Positions 17,605 through 26,267 of a stretch of DNA of 64,000 nucleotides are shown piece after piece. The position numbers were made by a program, and so were the translations under genes. This stretch comes from an uncultured archaeon. GTDB taxonomy: Archaea > Asgardarchaeota > Thorarchaeia > Thorarchaeales > Thorarchaeaceae. The notes beneath the pieces are model-generated. The model saw only the letters and a program-made list of their open reading frames with translations. It searched no databases and had not been told where the DNA came from. Positions within the stretch are counted from its first letter, which is position 1. Each line of letters opens with the position of its first letter. The stretch covers positions 64,001 to 128,000 of the forward strand of contig CAYWJO010000003.1 in the NCBI GenBank assembly GCA_964458565.1, in the 5' to 3' direction.

Positions 17605-18576
17605 CTATGTTGCCTTTTCATAATAAGATGTGAGCTTTCCAGCAATCATAGCTCCCAATTTTTGAAAATCAGTAGTAGAAATACTTGGAACGCTACTTGT
17701 CCTTGATGGAATTTTGAATCTGGCTACCATAACTGTTACATCGTCATCCATGGAATATTCTATTATTGCAGGATATCTTGTACCAATTTTGAGAGTTTCT
17801 TCTCTCTTTTCAACTACAGGACCTTTATAGATTGTACCAACCAAGTATGGATAGGCAAAACCTGAGTGAGAAACCTGAACCTGAACTGCAACAGCTTCAG
17901 GCAAATCTTTGACAAATATCTTCCATTCTGCATTAAGCAGTGTTAACATACCTTTTCGTTCGCCTAGTTCAACATTCACACCAGCTCGAAGATAGGGAAT
18001 GTTTGAGAGTGCGCGAGCATATTCATAGTTATCACCCATTTCGGGGGCTTTGAAGAATTCATCGGAATCGATGGTCACAGATCTGAATCCAATTAAAAAT
18101 CCTGCAAAACCTATGAGCCCATGAAACAAAGGTACTGTAAGTATTGTGTCAAGAGTATATCCAAACATAGGTCCAACAATTTCTTGATAGAAGACTGAGA
18201 AGAGTGCTAAAATCATCAGTATAGGAAGATAGCAAAAACAACATGCACTTTGGTCGCCTGGTTTAGCGAATAGGCCGCCATAAGCTTTTTTGTACTTTTC
18301 AAGAATTGTATCGTATTCCCCAAAGGTGACCCATCTCTTTGATGAGGCCCATTTCCCAGGAATGTAATTAATTGATTTCTTTGATCCGATTCCGAAGATA
18401 ATCGAAAGAATAGCGATGATAAATGAATTACGTGCATATACATCGATTATCACGCTGGGATTTCCAGGATCTGTAATCATAATGTAGAGCCCGTATCCAA
18501 TCAATGAAAGAAGAACTGCCCCGAATAATGCACCAATAGTCCGGCTATGACCATAATCGATAATCTCATCGTCCAT
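17605..18576 (-). CDS. 4-TM membrane protein with C-terminal soluble domain (paralogue 3)
   Basis: 2TM-W...YxxxYxxL-2TM-soluble domain layout, shared with the next two genes. Confidence 0.7.
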   Translation of the reverse strand: MDDEIIDYGHSRTIGALFGAVLLSLIGYGLYIMITDPGNPSVIIDVYARNSFIIAILSIIFGIGSKKSINYIPGKWASSKRWVTFGEYDTILEKYKKAYGGLFAKPGDQSACCFCYLPILMILALFSVFYQEIVGPMFGYTLDTILTVPLFHGLIGFAGFLIGFRSVTIDSDEFFKAPEMGDNYEYARALSNIPYLRAGVNVELGERKGMLTLLNAEWKIFVKDLPEAVAVQVQVSHSGFAYPYLVGTIYKGPVVEKREETLKIGTRYPAIIEYSMDDDVTVMVARFKIPSRTSSVPSISTTDFQKLGAMIAGKLTSYYEKAT

Positions 18577-18627
18577 ATCTCATCCTCACTCTCTGATGAA
18601 CTTTATCTAAAATAAGCGCATCGCCTC

Positions 18628-19554
18628 TCATTCATCGCGGATATCAATCCCAAGTTCATTTAGCAGATCAATAAGTAGTGGATCTGAACCCTTGATTTCA
18701 ATGTATTTTTGGTATGTCGAAATCATGAGATTCCGAATTGCTTGGTCTAATTCTAGTGGATCCGTGGATAATATATTAACATCTATCTTCTCATGTGTCA
18801 TTGACAGTTCTGATATCAGAGATGTGAGTCGAAATGAACCATCAAGCACAAATTGTATCTTCGCAACCCCTTCAATTCCTTCAAGTCGTATCGTTGGCCG
18901 TATTTTTGTAAGCGTGTAATACCCACTAGCTTCTTTGATTTGCATCCCTACACCCGCGTATGCGATGCCATCAATGTCCAAACTCAAAGAGATGAATTTG
19001 CGCATCTTTCTTGGTGGAACAAGCTCTGAATGAATACTCGATGTGCTGTGAAATAGTTTGAATGAGAATCTAGAGAGAAGCAAACCGTATAGAATAACTA
19101 GAAAACCATATACATATGGAGCAGAACCAATTGTGAATATTGATTGTGCCATGAGTAAGGGAATCAGGTTTGTTGAAGTAAGAATAACTGTGAATAATAT
19201 GAAATCGCTGAAATCAAACCATGATATTAGATGTGAATAATTCTTTAGATAATCTTCGTATATTCGTTCATATTCTTCGATACTAATCTCTTGCTCTTTG
19301 AGATTCCAGTGAACTTCATGAATAACAACCTGTTGCTTCATATACCAAGATATGACCAGTAAGGGTAAGGAGAGGATTCCAAGAACTGTTACCGAGGTCG
19401 CGATCCACCCAATTGGGTCAGAGTGCGCACTTGCTAGATGTTCCCAACCTGTAGAAAATGCAATGAGAGACCACAAGAGAATGATAACAAACTGAAGGAT
19501 ATTGAAGGGAATCATCGATTTTACTGTGATCGGCTCATCAGTCATCAGTTTCAC
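18628..19554 (-). CDS. 4-TM membrane protein with C-terminal soluble domain (paralogue 2)
   Basis: Same layout; GTGA overlap with the upstream gene. Confidence 0.7.
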   Translation of the reverse strand: MKLMTDEPITVKSMIPFNILQFVIILLWSLIAFSTGWEHLASAHSDPIGWIATSVTVLGILSLPLLVISWYMKQQVVIHEVHWNLKEQEISIEEYERIYEDYLKNYSHLISWFDFSDFILFTVILTSTNLIPLLMAQSIFTIGSAPYVYGFLVILYGLLLSRFSFKLFHSTSSIHSELVPPRKMRKFISLSLDIDGIAYAGVGMQIKEASGYYTLTKIRPTIRLEGIEGVAKIQFVLDGSFRLTSLISELSMTHEKIDVNILSTDPLELDQAIRNLMISTYQKYIEIKGSDPLLIDLLNELGIDIRDE

Positions 19555-20555
19555 TCTAGCTTTGCATTAAGCTGGTTCAATATATCAGCAATTGCACTAT
19601 CTCGTTCATGCGTCTTAAACCATTCACGATAAAGGATGGCGACAGCATTCTTGGTTAATAGATCGATATCTCTTACTCCATATTCCTCTATATTTGATTG
19701 GACCGGGAATTTTACATAGTAACCCTCATTATCGTCCCCCACATACTTTCGAAACATTCGATCTCTAGCTACCCACCACCATACTATTTGCGGGGTCTCA
19801 TCAAATGAATGTAGTCGACACAGAATGCTATCAATAGCTCGCAGTTCATGGGTCCATGTTTCAATATACGCACTTTCACTAAGTCCACTTAATCGAAGGA
19901 AGATTCGTGGATTATCATACACTCTGTACGCTCCAATCTCAGCCTTATCAAGGATGACTCGAGCAGTTTCTACACCAGGAATTTTTGATTGTTTTCTACA
20001 TAACCAAACAGCTTCTCGGATCAGAGGGACTTTGAAATCATCAGATGCTGCGTTTGATGTAGCTAACATCCCTAGAAGCGTTGAAAGGATGAAGAGTAAG
20101 GAAAGTGAGAATGCGAAGATGGGAGTAACGAGGGGAATAAATTGAGTGTCAATTTGTATCGCATAGAGTGGCAAGGTAATCTGACCAAGAAGGATAAGCA
20201 GCGGAGCATAAAAGAGCCAAAAATAACCATTCGGAGCTAATCTCACATATTCACGAAGGTACCTGCGTTCCAGTTTTGAAACTTCTTCGATATCCATCTG
20301 AAACGGTTTGTATTCCCAATCGGGTGCGTGATAGATAATCTGGCCCTTTGCGTGGCTACCGATTATAATTCCAACAAAAGCGATGATTAATGGGAGTCCC
20401 AAGTATATTGTCAAAATCAGAAAGATGTTATCGGAATTACTTGGAAAAATCCAATCTGACATCAAATATCCAATGGGTATCAGAGTAGCGGTAAGTATGA
20501 AACTAAGAATCTTGTGAATTTTAATGGATTTGTATATTACTGGCTCCACCATCAT
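19551..20555 (-). CDS. 4-TM membrane protein with C-terminal soluble domain (paralogue 1)
   Basis: Same layout; ATG 20555 avoids overlap with the divergent peroxiredoxin. Confidence 0.7.
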   Translation of the reverse strand: MMVEPVIYKSIKIHKILSFILTATLIPIGYLMSDWIFPSNSDNIFLILTIYLGLPLIIAFVGIIIGSHAKGQIIYHAPDWEYKPFQMDIEEVSKLERRYLREYVRLAPNGYFWLFYAPLLILLGQITLPLYAIQIDTQFIPLVTPIFAFSLSLLFILSTLLGMLATSNAASDDFKVPLIREAVWLCRKQSKIPGVETARVILDKAEIGAYRVYDNPRIFLRLSGLSESAYIETWTHELRAIDSILCRLHSFDETPQIVWWWVARDRMFRKYVGDDNEGYYVKFPVQSNIEEYGVRDIDLLTKNAVAILYREWFKTHERDSAIADILNQLNAKLE

Positions 20556-20694
20556 CTTGTATCGCTCACATTTCTGGATTGGCACACGCTCTTTAAGGAT
20601 TGCTGAGAGAACTAAGATTGAAACGACCCCAATCTTTATTAACAAATTTTCCAATATTAAATTCACAATTGTTAATAATTTTGGAGAGATATTA

Positions 20695-21180
20695 GTGATA
20701 AAAATTGGAGATAAAGCACCAGATTTCAAGACAATTACAGAGAATGGAGAGAAATTCAAACTCAGTGACTATCGAGGCAAGAAAGTCCTCCTTTATTGGT
20801 ATGTGAAAGATAACACAACCGGATGCCAAGCTCAGTCATGTTCACTCCGTGATAACTACAAAGTTTTTGTTGACAATGATACTGTGGTTTTTGGTATTGC
20901 ACCAGGAACTCAGAAAACACATCAATCATTCAAAGAAAAGAATAATCTTCCCTTCCCTCTTTTGATGGATGAAAACAATGAGATTGCTAAACTCTATGAT
21001 ATATGGCAGAAAAAGAAGATGTATGGCAAGGAATACATGGGAATTGAGAGAACGACATTTCTGATCGACGAAAAGGGAAAAATAGCGAAAATCATTGGCA
21101 ATCATCCAGATGGTGAAGAGAAGGTCCAGACCAAGGAACATGCTGAACAAGTCATCAGGGTCTGGGGTTTGAAACTATAG
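20695..21180 (+). CDS. bcp: Peroxiredoxin BCP/PrxQ, variant active site
   Basis: IGDKAPDF, YWYVKDNTTGCQAQSC, ERTTFLIDEKG; GTG start at 20695. Confidence 0.85.
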   Translation: MIKIGDKAPDFKTITENGEKFKLSDYRGKKVLLYWYVKDNTTGCQAQSCSLRDNYKVFVDNDTVVFGIAPGTQKTHQSFKEKNNLPFPLLMDENNEIAKLYDIWQKKKMYGKEYMGIERTTFLIDEKGKIAKIIGNHPDGEEKVQTKEHAEQVIRVWGLKL

Positions 21181-21190
21181 AGGGATTTTT

Positions 21191-21664
21191 ATGCTGAAGA
21201 TAGGAGATGTAGCACCGGACTTCGAAACATCCGATGAGTCTGGTACTACCTTCAAGCTGAGCAATCACAAGGGATCGAAAATTGTTTTGTATTTCTATCC
21301 CAAGGATTTTACACCCGGGTGCACTGCAGAAGCATGTTCGATAAGAGATAGTTATCATCTCTTCGAGGGGTCAGGGATTCCAATCTATGGCATCTCTGGA
21401 GGGTCTGCTGAAACACACATGAAGTTTCGAAAGAAATACAATCTTCCATTTCCAATTCTAATGGATGAGGATCTAGAAATAGCCAAATTATATGACGCCT
21501 ACAGTAAACTTGACCTCATTGGAATGGGAGTCAAACGTGTTACTTACCTTATCGACGAAACCGGAAAAATCGAAGCCATCTTTGGTGGTTCAGAAGGTTT
21601 AGATAAGGTTCGTTCGAGTGAGCACGCAGATCAAATCTTGGGTCATTGGGGCTTACAAATCTGA
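21191..21664 (+). CDS. bcp: Peroxiredoxin BCP/PrxQ
   Basis: Canonical YFYPKDFTPGCTAEAC. Confidence 0.92.
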   Translation: MLKIGDVAPDFETSDESGTTFKLSNHKGSKIVLYFYPKDFTPGCTAEACSIRDSYHLFEGSGIPIYGISGGSAETHMKFRKKYNLPFPILMDEDLEIAKLYDAYSKLDLIGMGVKRVTYLIDETGKIEAIFGGSEGLDKVRSSEHADQILGHWGLQI

Positions 21665-22393
21665 TTGGCGTATAGATTTTCCAACACTACTGAGGTAAAT
21701 CACACTCTCATTGACTCCATCGAGATCAAGTAGCTGATTGAGTTCATCATCATATATGGCTCCAATCTGACAGCTTCCTAGACCAAGTGCTTCTGATGCT
21801 AATGCAAGATTTTGAGCTATATGTCCTGCATCTAGGAAAACATATCGATAAGCTCGTTGGAGGTATTTCCATTTCGACCGTGGGAATAGAGCACTCCATA
21901 TGAAAACAACAGCAGCTCGCTGAGCAATAGATTGATCGAGAGCACCTGCTTTCACTTCTAATGAATAATCACCTTCTTTCAACAATTCAAGTTCATGTCT
22001 TTTAACTGGATAGTGGTACAGACCTGCATCGATTCCAGAAACGCGATTGACAAGTAGATAGGTTTCAATAGGATACAAAGCTCCAGCTGAGGGTGCAGCA
22101 CGAAGCTGATAGTCTGATATGACTCCTGTTACGCCCTGTGTTGCCCATATGAGTTGAGAGAGTTCATTCTTCGAGATCTCATCAGTGCTATAGGCACGTA
22201 CACTCCTTCTCTGGGCTATCATATCCCACAGTCGAGGTCCAGAATCAGTTGTAGGTGGAGGAAGAGTTACTTTTAGTGATGAAGGATATTCCTTATAGAC
22301 AGGAGGTTTCGTATCCCAATCTAGCTGATGAGCAGGAAGTTTTCCACGTACATATTTGGTCCCAAGAAAGAAGTCATCACCGAGTTTCGACAT
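21653..22393 (-). CDS. SagB/ThcOx-family nitroreductase-like dehydrogenase
   Basis: RRSVR, RAAPSAGALYPIE, KY..RAYRY..LDAGHIAQNL. Confidence 0.9.
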   Translation of the reverse strand: MSKLGDDFFLGTKYVRGKLPAHQLDWDTKPPVYKEYPSSLKVTLPPPTTDSGPRLWDMIAQRRSVRAYSTDEISKNELSQLIWATQGVTGVISDYQLRAAPSAGALYPIETYLLVNRVSGIDAGLYHYPVKRHELELLKEGDYSLEVKAGALDQSIAQRAAVVFIWSALFPRSKWKYLQRAYRYVFLDAGHIAQNLALASEALGLGSCQIGAIYDDELNQLLDLDGVNESVIYLSSVGKSIRQSDL

Positions 22394-22562
22394 AACTGAA
22401 CGTATTCGGGAATTCCTTTATGAATACAAGGACATAGGAGATTTATTGGAAACATACAACCTTTGACCACAAGGCATACACTTTAATCATAGCACATTCC
22501 GACCGATGCATGCGTGACGGGGATATATCCCGTCCTTCTATTAGATGTAGGGGCTCATAATA

Positions 22563-23924
22563 ATGCCTGAAGAGAAACTCTCTGTTGAAGAACTCAAGAA
22601 GAAGGCTGAGAAGCCTGGAAAAGATGCAATGATTTTACACCCATTCTATAAGGGAAAAATCATGAGCATAGGAAAGGCTCCTGTCCGTAGTTTTGATGAT
22701 TTTGCAATCTGGTATACACCTGGTGTTGCCAAACCATGTCTTGCAATAAAGGATGATGAAGAAGCTGCTTACGAATACACAAACAAAGGAAACATGGTAG
22801 CAGTAGTAAGCGACGGAACTCGTGTATTGGGACTTGGTGACATCGGACCATATGGAGCAGGACCGGTGATGGAGGGGAAAGCGATCCTCTTCAAATACCT
22901 GGGTGGTGTTGATGCATGGCCTATCTGTCTTGAAACGAAAGACGCTGAGAAGATTATTGAAACAGTGAAGCTCATTCAACCAAGCTTTGGAGGAATAAAT
23001 CTCGAAGATATCTCGAAGCCAAAGTGTTACGAGGTACTTGAAAGACTGAGGAAAGACCCAGAGGTTAAAATTCCTGTTTGGCACGATGACGCTCAAGGTA
23101 CAGCTACAGTTGTTTTAGCTGGTGTGCTTGGAGGATTGAATGTTGTCAAGAAGGACATTGAGAACATCAGAGTGGCCTTACTTGGGGTAGGTTCAGCAAA
23201 CACACGAACTGCATACCTTCTCTTTGCAGCAGGTGTTAATCCAAAGAACGTAGTAATGGTTGATAGCAAGGGAGCTATCTATGCCGATCGCGAAGATATC
23301 GTTAAGGACAAGGATTATGACACCTTCAAGTACGATCTCGCTCAAAAGACAAACCCTGATAGAATGAATGGAGACCTCGGCGAAGTTATCGATGGCATGG
23401 ATGTCCTGATTTCAGCTTCTCGACCAGTTCCAGGTGCAATTAAGAAAGAATGGGTTGCCAAAATGGCCACTGATTCAATCGTTTATGCGTGTGCCAATCC
23501 ACTTCCTGAGATCTGGCCTTGGGATGCTATAGAAGCAGGTGCCAGAATTGTGGGAACCGGTAGAAGTGATTTTGATAACCAAATCAACAATTCACTTGGT
23601 TTCCCAGGTATCTTTAGAGGTACACTTGATGTGAGAGCCAGAACAATCACTGATGAGATGTGTGTCGCAGCTGCCCAAGCTCTGGCAGATCTTGGCGCTA
23701 GAGAGGCAAGCGACAAGAAGGTAATTCCAACTATGGATCAGTGGGAGCTCTATCCGCTTGAAGCTACAGCTGTGGGTATGAAAGCTATGGAGCAAGGTAT
23801 CGCGCGAGTGCAATGGGAAGAAAAGGAGCTGTATAAGCATGCAGAAGACGTTATTCGTACAGCAAGAGCTGCTTCTGAAATGCTGTACAGAGAAGGTCAC
23901 ATCCCGAAAGCACCTCCGACCTGA
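22563..23924 (+). CDS. mae: NAD(P)-dependent malic enzyme
   Basis: YTPGVA, DGTRVLGLGDIG, PVMEGKAILFK, INLEDI, WHDDAQGTA, ANPLPEI, TGRSDFDNQINNSLGFPGIFRG. Confidence 0.95.
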   Translation: MPEEKLSVEELKKKAEKPGKDAMILHPFYKGKIMSIGKAPVRSFDDFAIWYTPGVAKPCLAIKDDEEAAYEYTNKGNMVAVVSDGTRVLGLGDIGPYGAGPVMEGKAILFKYLGGVDAWPICLETKDAEKIIETVKLIQPSFGGINLEDISKPKCYEVLERLRKDPEVKIPVWHDDAQGTATVVLAGVLGGLNVVKKDIENIRVALLGVGSANTRTAYLLFAAGVNPKNVVMVDSKGAIYADREDIVKDKDYDTFKYDLAQKTNPDRMNGDLGEVIDGMDVLISASRPVPGAIKKEWVAKMATDSIVYACANPLPEIWPWDAIEAGARIVGTGRSDFDNQINNSLGFPGIFRGTLDVRARTITDEMCVAAAQALADLGAREASDKKVIPTMDQWELYPLEATAVGMKAMEQGIARVQWEEKELYKHAEDVIRTARAASEMLYREGHIPKAPPT

Positions 23925-23935
23925 TTGAAAACGAA

Positions 23936-23964
23936 TGGGCCTAACCAGCCCAATCTCTCTTTTT
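23936..23964 (+). terminator. Hairpin plus pyrimidine/T-tract after the malic enzyme gene
   Basis: TGGGC...GCCCA followed by TCTCTCTTTTT. Confidence 0.5.
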
Positions 23965-24163
23965 AGTGTTGACTTCAAAATTAAATAGTCTGAAGATTAT
24001 TTTGTCGCAATAGATCTCAGATAGTTTTAGTTACAGATTCCATTTCTGAACCAATCGTTTCTGGGAATGAGTCTTTGGTTTTGATAGCTGTGAATATCGG
24101 AATCAGATTCAAACTATCATCTATTGGATTGAAGATTCTTTGAAGGGGTGTTGACCTTGAGGT

Positions 24164-26146
24164 TCAGTGAAGTCTACGCCAGAAGTAAAGGGTCCCGAGC
24201 CCTACAGGAATGAGTGTAAATAAGATTAACATTATAATAGTGTTGATCTTCGGATTGTGGTCAGGTCCATCGGGTTCTAGATCTATATCATTGTCTGGAA
24301 CCAACGGATCCAAACCCTCTTGGAGCTCTAGCAGGTCTCGTAGTCCATCTTGATCCGTATCATCGTTCAACGCATTCATTCCGAGCTGGTACTCCATAAA
24401 ATCTGGCACACCATCATAATCTCCATCAACAGACCGTGGATCCGAACCATACAGATATTCCTGGATGTTTGTCAGATTGTCACCATCAAGATCAAGTGCT
24501 GAATCATTCAGTAGAGGATTTGTCTGGAATACCACTTCCCACTCATCTAGCATAGAATCCATATCTGTATCATTCAATCCTGGGTGAGTTCCAATCCGAA
24601 TCTCTCGCTGGTTCAGGAGACCATCTGCATCTTTGTCCTCTCGAGCATCACGACGAAGGGGTTCAAGCCCATAGAGGACTTCATTGTTATCGCTCATACC
24701 ATCTCGATCGGTGTCAGGATGAAACATGTCAGTATCATAAGCGAGTTCATCCATATCGCTCAAACCGTCATGATCCCAGTCAAGAGGAGGGTCAGGATCG
24801 GGCCAATGGTATTGTTGAGAGTCGAGTATACCGTTTCCATCTGTATCAGAATTATAGAAGAGGTCCAATTCTAGTTTCACAGTCTCATTCCCTGAGTTTC
24901 TTGCATAGATTGCAATTTCTCCAATTCCGGTTGCATTCTCTGCAGTCAATGAAAAGTTATCGTCCTCAATAAGAGTCAGGGGAATCACTGGCGAGCTGGA
25001 ATGTGTTATTCTAACAAGAATGCTTTCGTTTTTCGATACTGTACCATTTATTGTAAGTGTTTGTGAAATTGATAACACTGCGCGAAGGTAATCAAACTCA
25101 TTGGGTTGAAGAGTGACATACATTTTCTGATGTGTCGGTTCACCGTTACCCTGCATTGCGAGATATACAGCTGTAGCTGCCCCAGCTTTTGCAGCAATTA
25201 GAGCTTGGGTGTAATTATAATCAGCACTGCCAAGTGCATCTTGAGGTGGAAATTCAGGATCAGGTACCTGACCTTGATGAACATGAACAGCAGGAATTCC
25301 TGCAGCCCAATACTTCCAGTGGTCAGATTGAGTGTAAGCCTCATAAACAGAAGTAGCGATATTTAGTCCACTCTTCTTCATGAAGCTGACAAAGATGTCA
25401 CCAAGATACTTGGACCGTTGGTAATTTAGACCTTCATCTATTTTATAGTCTACGTGTATCCTATCGGACTCGTCTTGGTTGGAGTCATAGAATAGAAGGT
25501 CAGCGAAATTATAATTAGCAATAACATCAATGCCTTGCGAATCAAAATAATCAACAATCTCCACAGATCCCCACATTGCCCGTAGACCTGTCAGAGCATC
25601 AAGTATCACCCAACTCCCTTGGTAAAAGCAATAGTAAATGTCAATCGGTAACCTGAACTGCGATACAGCTTCAGCAATTGTTGTCACAACTCCACATCCT
25701 ATTGAATTAGAGTTAATTTGAGGACCTATGCTTTCTCTAGTATCTAAATTTGCTCCGAAGACAATTGCTCTGCTGTCGTTTCCATATCCTGGCTGATATG
25801 CAACTATAGATTCATGGTTACCAAAATATGCTGCAGTTAGACCCATTCCTTCAAGCTGTTCAATAAGATAATCTCCAGCCGCATAATAATCTGAGCTTGG
25901 ACCATACCGATTAGGGAAGGAAGCCACCATGCTGAACGGAGTAAGCAAATCTCCAATGTCAATTGAATCCCATGCGATATCCCACCAGTTGAGATTGTTC
26001 AACGATGAATAATTGATATTTGTTCCACCAGTTCCCCCACCATTGTCATCAGTATCAGGGGGAAAAATTGATGGATATAGCAACCAGAGTGCTCCTGATG
26101 CGACAACAATAATTAAAGCAATTGCAGCTAACCTTCGTCGATTCAT
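24164..26146 (-). CDS. Surface protein: degenerate M28 peptidase-like domain plus Ca-binding DxDxDG (TSP3-like) repeats; N- and C-terminal TM
   Basis: AIVFGANLD, QSDHW, GIPAV; repeated D(T/S)DxDG.D..E...GT.P; C-terminal TM with RR. Confidence 0.75.
   Translation of the reverse strand: MNRRRLAAIALIIVVASGALWLLYPSIFPPDTDDNGGGTGGTNINYSSLNNLNWWDIAWDSIDIGDLLTPFSMVASFPNRYGPSSDYYAAGDYLIEQLEGMGLTAAYFGNHESIVAYQPGYGNDSRAIVFGANLDTRESIGPQINSNSIGCGVVTTIAEAVSQFRLPIDIYYCFYQGSWVILDALTGLRAMWGSVEIVDYFDSQGIDVIANYNFADLLFYDSNQDESDRIHVDYKIDEGLNYQRSKYLGDIFVSFMKKSGLNIATSVYEAYTQSDHWKYWAAGIPAVHVHQGQVPDPEFPPQDALGSADYNYTQALIAAKAGAATAVYLAMQGNGEPTHQKMYVTLQPNEFDYLRAVLSISQTLTINGTVSKNESILVRITHSSSPVIPLTLIEDDNFSLTAENATGIGEIAIYARNSGNETVKLELDLFYNSDTDGNGILDSQQYHWPDPDPPLDWDHDGLSDMDELAYDTDMFHPDTDRDGMSDNNEVLYGLEPLRRDAREDKDADGLLNQREIRIGTHPGLNDTDMDSMLDEWEVVFQTNPLLNDSALDLDGDNLTNIQEYLYGSDPRSVDGDYDGVPDFMEYQLGMNALNDDTDQDGLRDLLELQEGLDPLVPDNDIDLEPDGPDHNPKINTIIMLILFTLIPVGLGTLYFWRRLH
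24344..24799. repeat. 456-bp direct repeat, copy 1 (matches 26451-26906)
   Basis: No mismatch seen by eye at offset 2107; the antisense ORF translations are also identical over this stretch. Confidence 0.9.
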
Positions 26147-26267
26147 TTGAAAGAGTCCTCAATGGTGGTTTTCGCTAAGAATGTCCGATAGTGACTCACA
26201 TAAATATGCGCCGAAAGGAGCACAAGTTTCATTGATAATACTTCCTTTTTTCCAAGCAAAAATTCTT

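Noticed and set aside
21653-22393. SagB/ThcOx gene as part of a RiPP (azole) cluster with the radical SAM enzyme
   Set aside because: No YcaO or precursor nearby and 20 kb from the rSAM gene; stand-alone copies are common in archaea.
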